A stretch of DNA of 64,000 bases from an uncultured Phycisphaerales bacterium (GTDB lineage Bacteria; Planctomycetota; Phycisphaerae; Sedimentisphaerales; Anaerobacaceae): NCBI GenBank assembly GCA_963718665.1, contig OY970359.1, positions 1,152,001-1,216,000 of the forward strand. The letters run 5' to 3'. Position 1 is the first letter of the stretch, and every line of letters starts with the position of its first letter. Below the pieces are notes generated by a model, which saw only the letters and a program-made list of their open reading frames with translations, was not told the DNA's origin and did not search any database. Of this stretch, positions 1-8,570 are shown piece by piece. A program made the position numbers and the translations under genes.

Positions 1-105
1 ATTTATTTTTTTCGCGATGTAATGTGCCGCCCATTTCGAGGCAAGCTCGTAATCTGGTTGAATTATCACTCGCATAAATACCTCCCTCACGAAGCCGAGT
101 CGGTA

Positions 106-2121
106 TTAACGAATTTTTTGCAGTCGGCGGATAAGCTCATCCGCCAGCCGGGATTTTTCTTCTATGTGCTGTTTGATTTCACCCGCGACGGCGTTTGCCT
201 CAAAACTGCCTCGGACTTCTGTGAAATCCGCGGTTCTTTCGGCGAAATTGCCGTCGATGCCGTAGCCGGCCTGGACGGTTTCGGCAAATTCCTTTTTGGT
301 GTCGCCTAAGAGCATATTATCAAGCTCGATTACGGCGGACTTCCATTTGTTAATCATCTCAATAACGTCTTTGGGGCCAATCGCGTCGATGGTTTTGCCG
401 AGCTGCTGCTGGATGATGTTTGTCGCCCAGGCCCATTCATAGGCCGGGTAATTTTCGTGTGCCGAGGTAAAGGCCGCGGTTATCTGGTCGAGGGTGCTTA
501 GTGCGCCCGATTCGATATCGTCTATGATTTTGGCGACGGCTTCTTCCGGCGCGAACAATCCCGCCAGGTCAGCCCATTTGCCTGGTCCGATATCGGTTTG
601 GGGTTTAAGCTCGGCCTGCAACTGCTGGACGTTTGTGAATTCTTTATCCTGGAGGCGGTGGATGAGGCAGTTGCCTAAGAATTTATCGATGCCGATTTCG
701 TAAAGGCGGATGCCTTTTTCCAGGGAGTCGTGTTTGATTTTTACGCCGTGATACGCGAAATAGCCGGCCTGCCCTGAACTTGTCGAAAGGGTGGTTTCGA
801 TTCCGGTGGCTTTGAGGTTTCGCAAAAGCTTACAACTGTTGAGCATTTTCTGAATGGTGTATGGGCTTAGGAGCTTGAAATTGATGAGGTCGAGTTTTTT
901 GGGGTCTTTACGATGGTCGCGTTTTGGCCATTTTTTGGCGTCGCGGACGGTCCCGACGCTTTTTAGGTTTACGGCCGGGACGAGAATGCTTTCATCCTCG
1001 TGTTCGATGAGGTATGAGAAGGGCAAATCGGAGGTGTCGGAGTTGCGATAGTGCCTGCCCATAACAACGGTGAACGCGCCGACCCTGGCGGGCCAAAGCA
1101 TGTAGGAGTCGCTTGCGGTTTTGGAGCCGCGTTCGACGATACCCTGGTGGACGGGGCCGAGTTTATACAGATGGTTGCTCTGGTTTGTGCCGGAGCCGGC
1201 GTTTAAAAAGCTGAAGAGGCCGGCGATGAGCAGGGTTGATTTGTGGTGAGTTACGGTATAGGGGCCGGCGAAAATTGAACAGGCCTCACCGTGAAAACCG
1301 CCGCAGTTGGCGAAGAAGACGGAGTTTTCGGCGGAGTATTGTTTGGTAAGCTCGGTGGCCTGGCCTACGAAGCAATTCGAGAGGATTGCTCCGTCGCTGA
1401 TTTTTGAGCCGGAGCAGGCGATGAAGTTACTTGCGAAGACGCCGGGTCCGATATAAACGGGGTCCTGGGGACAACTATTAATTGAGCCGTTTTCGAGCCG
1501 GTTGGCGGCCTCGATGGTCGCGGCGGGACCAACTTTTACGTTTTTGATGATTCTGGTGTTGAGGATTTTGGCGCCCGTGGCTACAAGGCCCATTGAGGAC
1601 GTAACGGACGCGACGTATTCGGCAATCATAGCCCGCAGCTTTTCGATGAGCTTTGGGCGATGGCGATACAGGGCGATAATATACGCGAGTTGCGCTGATA
1701 AGTGGTCATATATAGGAATTTCCCTGCCGCCTGCTTCGTTTATGACGGCGACATCGGTTCCGTTGCCGAAAGAAGTATTGCCATCGACCGCCAAAAAATC
1801 GACGTTCTCGATGACAGCATTATCTTCCACAATATAATTTGCGATGAAACTTTTGACCTGGTTGATATAGACGTTATTGCCGATTCGGCAGTTGTGAATG
1901 GTAGCGTTGGAGATTCCCGAGGGCCTGGCAAGTCCTCCTTCAAAACGGACGTCTTTCCGGAAAGTCCCCAGTCGGACATCACCTGAAAAGTGGGTTGTTT
2001 TTACCCGTTCGGGGCTGAAACCGTCGGCTACCTGCGTTTTTGACCAGTCAGGGCAGGTGCAGCCCTGGGAGGTCAGTTTGGAGATTTCATCGGCAGTTAA
2101 AGGTCGCCATTTGGAAGCCAT
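106..2121 (-). CDS. DUF4954-family protein (left-handed beta-helix-like N-terminal region)
   Basis: 671-aa ORF; motifs GFHGEACSIFAGPYTVTHHKSTLLIAG and NAGSGTNQSNHLYKLGPVHQG recognised from DUF4954 proteins. Confidence 0.8.
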   Translation of the reverse strand: MASKWRPLTADEISKLTSQGCTCPDWSKTQVADGFSPERVKTTHFSGDVRLGTFRKDVRFEGGLARPSGISNATIHNCRIGNNVYINQVKSFIANYIVEDNAVIENVDFLAVDGNTSFGNGTDVAVINEAGGREIPIYDHLSAQLAYIIALYRHRPKLIEKLRAMIAEYVASVTSSMGLVATGAKILNTRIIKNVKVGPAATIEAANRLENGSINSCPQDPVYIGPGVFASNFIACSGSKISDGAILSNCFVGQATELTKQYSAENSVFFANCGGFHGEACSIFAGPYTVTHHKSTLLIAGLFSFLNAGSGTNQSNHLYKLGPVHQGIVERGSKTASDSYMLWPARVGAFTVVMGRHYRNSDTSDLPFSYLIEHEDESILVPAVNLKSVGTVRDAKKWPKRDHRKDPKKLDLINFKLLSPYTIQKMLNSCKLLRNLKATGIETTLSTSSGQAGYFAYHGVKIKHDSLEKGIRLYEIGIDKFLGNCLIHRLQDKEFTNVQQLQAELKPQTDIGPGKWADLAGLFAPEEAVAKIIDDIESGALSTLDQITAAFTSAHENYPAYEWAWATNIIQQQLGKTIDAIGPKDVIEMINKWKSAVIELDNMLLGDTKKEFAETVQAGYGIDGNFAERTADFTEVRGSFEANAVAGEIKQHIEEKSRLADELIRRLQKIR
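767..791. repeat. REP-like element (GCCTGCCCTGAACTTGTCGAAAGGG) inserted in frame in the DUF4954 gene
   Basis: Similar copies at 13018-13036 and 33878-33902; encodes TLSTSSGQ(A) on the minus strand. Confidence 0.6.
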
Positions 2122-2415
2122 TTTCGCCTTTCATAATTTTATTGGACGTTCCTGACGTCAATCACATCAGAGTCGGCAATTCCGCGCAGCATAACCACAA
2201 TAAGGATTGTTTAACAGCAGGAGGAGGCCAGGTCAAGAAATTTCCGACTGTAGCAAAGAAAGCGTTTGGAAAGGATGAATTTATTTTGAATAATTTAATA
2301 AATTTGCGTTAAAAAATTTATAGCTGCAGGTAAAGGGAAGCCGATGAATCATTGTATAAACAATTGTGTTTGTGGTGGTCGTGTCATTATTGATTTTTTT
2401 AAGTGGCAGGGAAAT

Positions 2416-2964
2416 ATGTCAAATCAGCCGCGAGTAACGAAAGTATTGGTGGTGCTGCTCGTCTCGATGACGACAGGCGCGGTTGTGTTGATGGCTTTGG
2501 GTAATCATCCGCCGTCAGCGGGGCCGTTCTGTCTTTCGACTTATTACCGGCTCGACCCCATCCAGCAGGCGATTGACTCCCGTGTTACCCAGGCGCCGGG
2601 CCGATGGGAAAGCGTTGAGATTTACTACAGCGGAACAAAGGCAGGCAACGTTGACCAGCTCGCATCACTTTCCGGCTTAACCAACTCCGATGACATCAAC
2701 TGCCACTTCGTTATCTGCAACGGCTTAGGCGGCAGCGACGGCCAGATTCAAACCACAGAAAAATGGCAAAAGCAGTGGTCGGTCATTCCCGACCATACCT
2801 GGTATGGCTCAAGCAGGACGGTTCGGATTTGCCTCGTAGCCGACGGCAGAAACGTCCGCCCGACCAATTCCCAGATTAAAAGAACTGAAGCCCTGGTTGA
2901 GTCGCTTGCGATAAAATTCAACGTCCCCGCGAGTAAAATCTTCTATCCCACCAACTGGCGGTAA
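2416..2964 (+). CDS. Membrane-anchored Amidase_2/PGRP-like protein, probably catalytically degenerate
   Basis: ATG 2416 (MSNQPR) followed by a TM helix; WESVEIYYSGT, CHFVICNG, GQIQTTEKW and VRICLV align with the amidase_2 motifs WxxIxIHHS, YHFVIGNG and IGICLVG. Confidence 0.65.
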   Translation: MSNQPRVTKVLVVLLVSMTTGAVVLMALGNHPPSAGPFCLSTYYRLDPIQQAIDSRVTQAPGRWESVEIYYSGTKAGNVDQLASLSGLTNSDDINCHFVICNGLGGSDGQIQTTEKWQKQWSVIPDHTWYGSSRTVRICLVADGRNVRPTNSQIKRTEALVESLAIKFNVPASKIFYPTNWR

Positions 2965-3065
2965 GTCGTTACATTTCCGATTTTCTATTTTACCCCGTAG
3001 CGATTCTGCGCATTTCTCTATGGGCCAGCTAAAGTGGTTTGCACTTTTTTGGCTTTATGGGTACT

Positions 3066-3105
3066 AAAAAAATCGGCTGTGTGCCCACAAGAGGCACACA
3101 GCCGA
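3066..3105 (-). terminator. Rho-independent terminator of the 3149-3952 gene
   Basis: Perfect 13-bp stem TCGGCTGTGTGCC/GGCACACAGCCGA (3073-3085/3093-3105) with an A7 run at 3066-3072 (U7 on the minus strand). Confidence 0.85.
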
Positions 3106-3148
3106 AGCTCCAAACAGGTAATTAAGGGAGTAGGTTAATTACATTAGA

Positions 3149-3952
3149 TTACCAGCCCCATTCCGGAGGCGGGACGTTGGTTTGTCTTTCACGGCGAGGC
3201 ATATTCCACTCCTGCTGCCCCATATTTTCTGCTCCTGGTCCGGGATTCCATTCTCTTTGGAAACCGCGACCCCAGCCGCGCATTTGCATAGGTCTGCCTT
3301 GCTGACAGGGCATCTGTCCGAATCCGCCGGCGCCGACCATTGGCCCGCAATTTCCCATGCCGTTAAAAATGCCGGGGCCGCAACCCCAACCCATCGTTAC
3401 TTCATTTTGCGGCCCGGCAATTACTCCGCAATTACCCATCATATTGTTGCAACCGCCAAATCCACGTCTCATTGCCTGAAACTGCCCCCAGCGTGGGCCT
3501 GCCATTGGACCACCCCAATAACCGCACGGGCCCCGCATTGCCCAGCCCTGGTTGAAGCCCGGTCCAGCCATTTGCTGACCCTGACCCCAGCCGGGTCCCA
3601 TCTGCCTGCCCTGCATAGCTCCGTAATTTGGAGCGAAGCCGGGACCCATTTGCCCCATCATTCGGCGATGTGCCCACCGGTACCATCTGCTGAACTTGAC
3701 GAATTCCCGCATTTTTTCTCTGCGTTCCTGCATCTTGTTGATGATTTCGCCCATTTTTTCCCTGTCGTTGGCCTTATAGGCCTCGGCTAACTGATCGAGC
3801 AGGCCTTCGTGCTGCCCCTGTAGTTCGCAGGTCTTTGCCTTTGGTTCCGGTTTTTCAGCAAACACCTTTTCCTTTGCTTTTTCCGCGGCGAATACCCCTA
3901 TTGTTACCACTAAAATGGCCGCTATTACGCCTGTAATGATTTTTCTTGTCAT
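3149..3952 (-). CDS. Secreted hypothetical protein with a helical N-domain and a Gly/Met/Pro/Gln-rich low-complexity tail
   Basis: Signal peptide (MTRKIITGVIAAILVVTIGVFA), RBS AAGGGGTG, repeated M(G/A)GPG(W/F) units, own terminator. Confidence 0.75.
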   Translation of the reverse strand: MTRKIITGVIAAILVVTIGVFAAEKAKEKVFAEKPEPKAKTCELQGQHEGLLDQLAEAYKANDREKMGEIINKMQERREKMREFVKFSRWYRWAHRRMMGQMGPGFAPNYGAMQGRQMGPGWGQGQQMAGPGFNQGWAMRGPCGYWGGPMAGPRWGQFQAMRRGFGGCNNMMGNCGVIAGPQNEVTMGWGCGPGIFNGMGNCGPMVGAGGFGQMPCQQGRPMQMRGWGRGFQREWNPGPGAENMGQQEWNMPRRERQTNVPPPEWGW

Positions 3953-4045
3953 ATTTCACCCCTTTCAGATTTTTGTGAATTCATAATTCGTAAACATAGA
4001 CGTCCGGGGGTGTGTTTTTATTGCGATAATGTGCTCTGAAAACGC

Positions 4046-4074
4046 TTGCGGGGGAGGCGACGGCTTCTTAGAAT
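4046..4074 (+). promoter_or_regulatory. Sigma70-type promoter candidate for comM/yifB
   Basis: TTGCGG-17 nt-TAGAAT ending 33 nt before ATG 4108. Confidence 0.5.
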
Positions 4075-4107
4075 ACCCTTTCTTTTGGACAAACACGAGG
4101 GAAATGT

Positions 4108-5637
4108 ATGCTGGCTAAATTATATAGCGTCGCGCTTGAGGGTATCGAGGGAATTATCTGCGAAGTCGAGGTCGATGTCGCACGGGGCGGGTTCGACAAG
4201 ACGTTAATCGTCGGGCTGCCTGACGCGGCGGTAAAGGAAAGCGCGGAAAGAGTGCGAAGCGCAATCGTCAACTGCGGATATAAATATCCCAAGACGCAAT
4301 CATTAGTTAATCTTGCCCCGGCGGACACAAAAAAGGAAGGGCCTGCGTTCGATTTACCAATCGCATTAGGGATTCTTTTGGGGGAGAGTGTTTTCAGCAG
4401 CACGGTTTTGAAGGACTATGTCGTTGTTGGAGAGCTTGCGCTCGACGGCAGGGTGAGGCCGGTCAACGGCGTTTTGAGTATGGCGATGACAGCTAAAGCG
4501 GCTGGTTTTCGCGGGATAATTGTTCCATTGGATAACGCTGCGGAGGCGGCGGTCGTTGAGGAGCTGGAGGTTTACGGAATCGGGTCATTGACACAGGCGG
4601 TTGATTTCCTCGGCGGGAAATTGCCTTTGCAAACCACAACGATTGATATCGACAAAATCTTCGGAGCTGAAAGCAAATACGACTTTGACTTTTCTGATGT
4701 TAAGGGACAGGAAAGCGTCAAGCGTGCGCTTACTGTGGCAGCAACGGGCGGACACAATATTTTGATGATTGGCCCGCCGGGGGCGGGCAAGACGATGCTT
4801 GCGCAGCGGTTAGCGACGATTTTGCCTCCTTTGACGCTGGCGGAATCGCTTGAGACGACTCGTATATACTCATCAGTAGGACTTCTGGGCAAGGGTAAAT
4901 CGTTATTGGCGACGAGGCCAGTTCGTATGCCTCATCATACGGCGAGCGGCCCAGCGCTGGTGGGCGGCGGCGTAAACGCAAGGCCCGGCGAATTATCATT
5001 TGCGCATCACGGGATATTGTTTCTCGATGAGTTCGCGGAGTTTCCGCGTCACGTTCTTGAGATGATACGCCAGCCGCTTGAGGATGGCGCGGTTACGGTT
5101 TCGCGTTCCAAAAAATCCATCAAGTATTTCGCGGCGTTTCTTTTGGTGGCATCGTGCAATCCGTGTCCCTGCGGATACTTCGGGTCTGATTCTCGACGGT
5201 GCAAATGCACGCCGGGGCAGGTAGAGCGATATTTGTCAAAAATTTCAGGCCCGTTGATTGACCGAATCGATATCCATATAGACGTGCCCGCGGTGAGTTT
5301 CTACAAGCTGCGCTCAAAAGCGAACCAGCTCGATTCTGCGACGATAAGGGATGACGTGATGAGGGGGCGGGCGATTCAGGCGAAGCGATTCGACGACGGC
5401 AAATTAATAACCAACGCGAGGATGACGCACAAACAAGTCGAGAAGTTCTGCAAGCTGGACGAATCGGGTGAGATGCTTCTCAAAGAGGCGATGATGGAGT
5501 TCGGCTTGTCGGCCCGCGCGCACGACAAAATCTGCAAAGTTGCCCGCACTATAGCGGACCTTGCGGGTTGTGAGGATATAAAGCCGGAGCACGTGGCCGA
5601 GGCCGTGGGCTATCGAAAATTAGACAGGAAACTCTAA
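4108..5637 (+). CDS. comM: YifB/ComM family Mg-chelatase-like AAA+ ATPase
   Basis: VGLPDAAVKESAERVRSA, NLAPADTKKEGPAFDLPIA, Walker A GPPGAGKT, LFLDEFAEF, NPCPCGY, GLSARAHDK. Confidence 0.95.
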   Translation: MLAKLYSVALEGIEGIICEVEVDVARGGFDKTLIVGLPDAAVKESAERVRSAIVNCGYKYPKTQSLVNLAPADTKKEGPAFDLPIALGILLGESVFSSTVLKDYVVVGELALDGRVRPVNGVLSMAMTAKAAGFRGIIVPLDNAAEAAVVEELEVYGIGSLTQAVDFLGGKLPLQTTTIDIDKIFGAESKYDFDFSDVKGQESVKRALTVAATGGHNILMIGPPGAGKTMLAQRLATILPPLTLAESLETTRIYSSVGLLGKGKSLLATRPVRMPHHTASGPALVGGGVNARPGELSFAHHGILFLDEFAEFPRHVLEMIRQPLEDGAVTVSRSKKSIKYFAAFLLVASCNPCPCGYFGSDSRRCKCTPGQVERYLSKISGPLIDRIDIHIDVPAVSFYKLRSKANQLDSATIRDDVMRGRAIQAKRFDDGKLITNARMTHKQVEKFCKLDESGEMLLKEAMMEFGLSARAHDKICKVARTIADLAGCEDIKPEHVAEAVGYRKLDRKL

Positions 5638-5753
5638 GTCGCAGCCGCATCTTCTCTTGCCTGTTTTTAGGTTCTAAAAGTACTCGTTTATAAGTCAAAT
5701 AAAAGCACATTTGCCCCCTTTTCTTTTGGGGAGAGCAGGAATAGAATATCCAT

Positions 5754-7913
5754 TTGATGAGCAAAGACAAGAAAAGCAAGTTTTACGCGGCTAACAAGTC
5801 CCCGGTGCAAATGCAAATATCGCCGAAGCGATTGTGGCTGTTTCGCATAATCGCGGCGGTTGTCATACCGATTCTGCTTGTGGCACTTCTGGATGTCCTC
5901 CTTGGTGTTGCCGGCTACGGATTTCCTGCCTCCACGTTTGTGAGAGCCAAGGTCAACGGCAGGACTGTTTATTACAGCAATAACAAGTTCGGTTGGCAAT
6001 TCTTCCCTCCGAAAATCTCACGTGAGTTAGAGCCATTTGTTGTTCCCGCTGACAAGACGGACAACACCTACAGGATTTTCATCTTCGGTGAATCTGCCGC
6101 CCAGGGCGACCCGGACCCATCTTACTGCTTCGGCCGGCAGTTGTCTGTTATGCTGCGCCAGCAATATCCGTCGGTTAACTTCGAGGTCTTTTCCGTTGGT
6201 ATGGCGGCCATAAATTCGCACGCCATTGTCCGGATTGCTGAAGATTGCGCACGGCTCAAGCCCGACTTGTTTGTGGTTTATATGGGTAATAATGAAGTTG
6301 TCGGGCCATACGGCGCGGGGACGGTTTTCTCGTCGTTTTCAAAAAGTTTGTTTCTCATCAGAATGGGCGTCGCAATCAAGGCAACCAAGTTAGGCCAGCT
6401 AATTACCAGCATTACTGATATTATGGGTGACAGGCCTAAAAACTGGGGCGGACGAGGGATGTTCTTAGGCAAACAAATCCGGCACGACGACAAGCGGATG
6501 CAATATGTTTACAGTTACTTCCGGCGTAATCTTGAGGATATCATCAGGTCTGCGCAGAAGGCCGGGGCCAAAACAATCGTTTCAACTATTGCGGTAAATT
6601 TGAAAGATTGTCCGCCGTTTTCCTCGTTGCATCGGCCGAATCTGGGTGACCAGTTGAAGCAATTTGACGGTTTTTTCCAACACGGCATCAAGCTTGAAAA
6701 AGCGGGGGATTTCAACGGTGCTGCTGACAGTTATTTGTCTGCCGCGAAAATTGACGATACTTACGCGGAATTGCAGTTCCGTCTGGGGAGGTGTCAGTGG
6801 AACCTGGAGCAGTATGACAAAGCCGAAAAAAGTTATGTCCGGGCTATGGGGCTTGATACTATGCGGTTCCGTGCAGATTCAAGCATCAACCAAATTATCC
6901 TGGAGACAGCCAAAAACCGGCAAGCTCAGGGCGTTTATCTTGTTGACGCCGCCGATGAATTCGCCAGGCAAAGTCCGCACAATTGTCCCGGCTTCGAGTT
7001 GTTCCTCGAGCACGTTCATCTTAATTTCCAGGGCAATTACCTGCTTGCCAAGGTAGTTTTTGACCAGGTTGAACATATATTGCCGGACAAGATAAAAACA
7101 CAAAAAGCTCAAACTTCGGTGCCGAGCGAAACCGACTGCACCAGATTACTGGCCTATACAGATTACGATAATCTCCGTATCACAAAGGGAAACTTCAACA
7201 CCATTAGTAAGGAAGCGATGGTATTCAATCAGGCATATCATAATGAGGCGACAGATTTCTGGAGGCAAAAGACCGAGCGGATTGAGGCCGGTATCGGCCC
7301 GAGGACATTTGCCGGCGCTATTGAGCAATACAAGCAGGCGATTGAGCTTAATGGCACCGACCGTTATCTGCACCGGAACTACGCTAAATTACTCGCTAAG
7401 GACCCTAACTACGCATATACCATTGCAGAGCAGTATCGCCTGGTTATTGAGCAGATACCATCTGACTATCATTCGCTTATCGACCTTGCTGCCTGGGAGA
7501 TAGAAACGGGAAATATCGATTCAGCTTTGAAACACGCCGTCAAAGCACTCGATTTTAATCCGACGAGCGCTATAGCCAATTATACTACGGGAGTGCTGTA
7601 TGAGAAAAAGGGCCAATATGAAAAAGCGCAAAAGTACGTAACCAACGCGATGAAATTAAGTCCTACATCAGTCCCTGCTTATAAAAGTTTAGCCTCGATT
7701 TTAGGCCATCAGGGCAAAGTTGACCAGGCCGAACAAGTTTATCGAAAGGGAATCGAAGCAGTTCCGACCGACGCGTCTTTGCATTTCAATTTAGGATTAT
7801 TGCTCCGCGGGAAAAACCAATTAAAAGAAGCCGACAAGGAGCTGCAAAGAGCAATTGCGCTGGACCCCAACATTGCCTCACAGAACAGGGATGCCGGAAC
7901 GGAGCTTCACTAA
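5754..7913 (+). CDS. Membrane-anchored SGNH/GDSL-like hydrolase with TPR repeats
   Basis: N-terminal TM; FIFGESAAQG (block I), VYMGNNE (block III), EHVH (block V); C-terminal TPRs (HFNLGLLL...AIALDP). Confidence 0.85.
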   Translation: MMSKDKKSKFYAANKSPVQMQISPKRLWLFRIIAAVVIPILLVALLDVLLGVAGYGFPASTFVRAKVNGRTVYYSNNKFGWQFFPPKISRELEPFVVPADKTDNTYRIFIFGESAAQGDPDPSYCFGRQLSVMLRQQYPSVNFEVFSVGMAAINSHAIVRIAEDCARLKPDLFVVYMGNNEVVGPYGAGTVFSSFSKSLFLIRMGVAIKATKLGQLITSITDIMGDRPKNWGGRGMFLGKQIRHDDKRMQYVYSYFRRNLEDIIRSAQKAGAKTIVSTIAVNLKDCPPFSSLHRPNLGDQLKQFDGFFQHGIKLEKAGDFNGAADSYLSAAKIDDTYAELQFRLGRCQWNLEQYDKAEKSYVRAMGLDTMRFRADSSINQIILETAKNRQAQGVYLVDAADEFARQSPHNCPGFELFLEHVHLNFQGNYLLAKVVFDQVEHILPDKIKTQKAQTSVPSETDCTRLLAYTDYDNLRITKGNFNTISKEAMVFNQAYHNEATDFWRQKTERIEAGIGPRTFAGAIEQYKQAIELNGTDRYLHRNYAKLLAKDPNYAYTIAEQYRLVIEQIPSDYHSLIDLAAWEIETGNIDSALKHAVKALDFNPTSAIANYTTGVLYEKKGQYEKAQKYVTNAMKLSPTSVPAYKSLASILGHQGKVDQAEQVYRKGIEAVPTDASLHFNLGLLLRGKNQLKEADKELQRAIALDPNIASQNRDAGTELH

Positions 7914-8110
7914 AACAGCGTATAGATAAATGGTGCAACGGCGGAGCCGCCGAGAACAACCAGTAATCCTAAAAGCAAAAGTATAAGCAGTATCGGCAGG
8001 AGCCACCATTTCTTGTTGCGCTTGAGGAAAAACCAGAACTCGGCGACGATGCCCGGGCGTTTCTGCTGTGAAAGCTTTGCGAAATTATTGTCTTTTCTGT
8101 CAGCAGGCAT
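7910..8110 (-). CDS. DUF5989 family small membrane protein (SxtK-like)
   Basis: KKWWLLPI...GGSAVAPFIYTLF signature. Confidence 0.9.
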   Translation of the reverse strand: MPADRKDNNFAKLSQQKRPGIVAEFWFFLKRNKKWWLLPILLILLLLGLLVVLGGSAVAPFIYTLF

Positions 8111-8133
8111 ATTTATTTATTTTCTCCATATAG

Positions 8134-8553
8134 TCAGGACTGGTGAAAATATTGTTCCGGGTCGCGGGTCTTTTGGTGGGGCATCCAGTACGTCGGCGCA
8201 TCCGCCTCGAACTTTCTATCAAGGACGTCCCTGCCTAACAATCTGAAAACGAGCCCCACGGGCGTCAATATGAGAAAATAGAACGTCGCCATTAGCAGGA
8301 AGCTCATCACAAGGCCGATGGGCAGGGCAGCAAAGGTCAGGCCGAGATAGATTATTCGCCCGGCCCTGGCGGATACAAGAGTAACGAGGAATATAGACAA
8401 CCCTGCTGCGCCGGCCAGCACAGCCAAAATATCTGCGGCCCCGAACACAAAACGCAGGATAATGCCAGCGGCGCCGAGCACAACCACGGCTATCAGGCCG
8501 AACTGACGAAGCTCTCTTTTTTCGGGATTCCAGTTTATTTCAATCAGTGACAC
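8134..8553 (-). CDS. SxtJ family membrane protein
   Basis: ELRQFG, FYFLILTPVGLVFRLLGRDVL...TYW...YFHQ; lies between a carbamoyltransferase and DUF5989. Confidence 0.85.
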   Translation of the reverse strand: MSLIEINWNPEKRELRQFGLIAVVVLGAAGIILRFVFGAADILAVLAGAAGLSIFLVTLVSARAGRIIYLGLTFAALPIGLVMSFLLMATFYFLILTPVGLVFRLLGRDVLDRKFEADAPTYWMPHQKTRDPEQYFHQS

Positions 8554-8570
8554 AATGTTCGCCTTTCACG

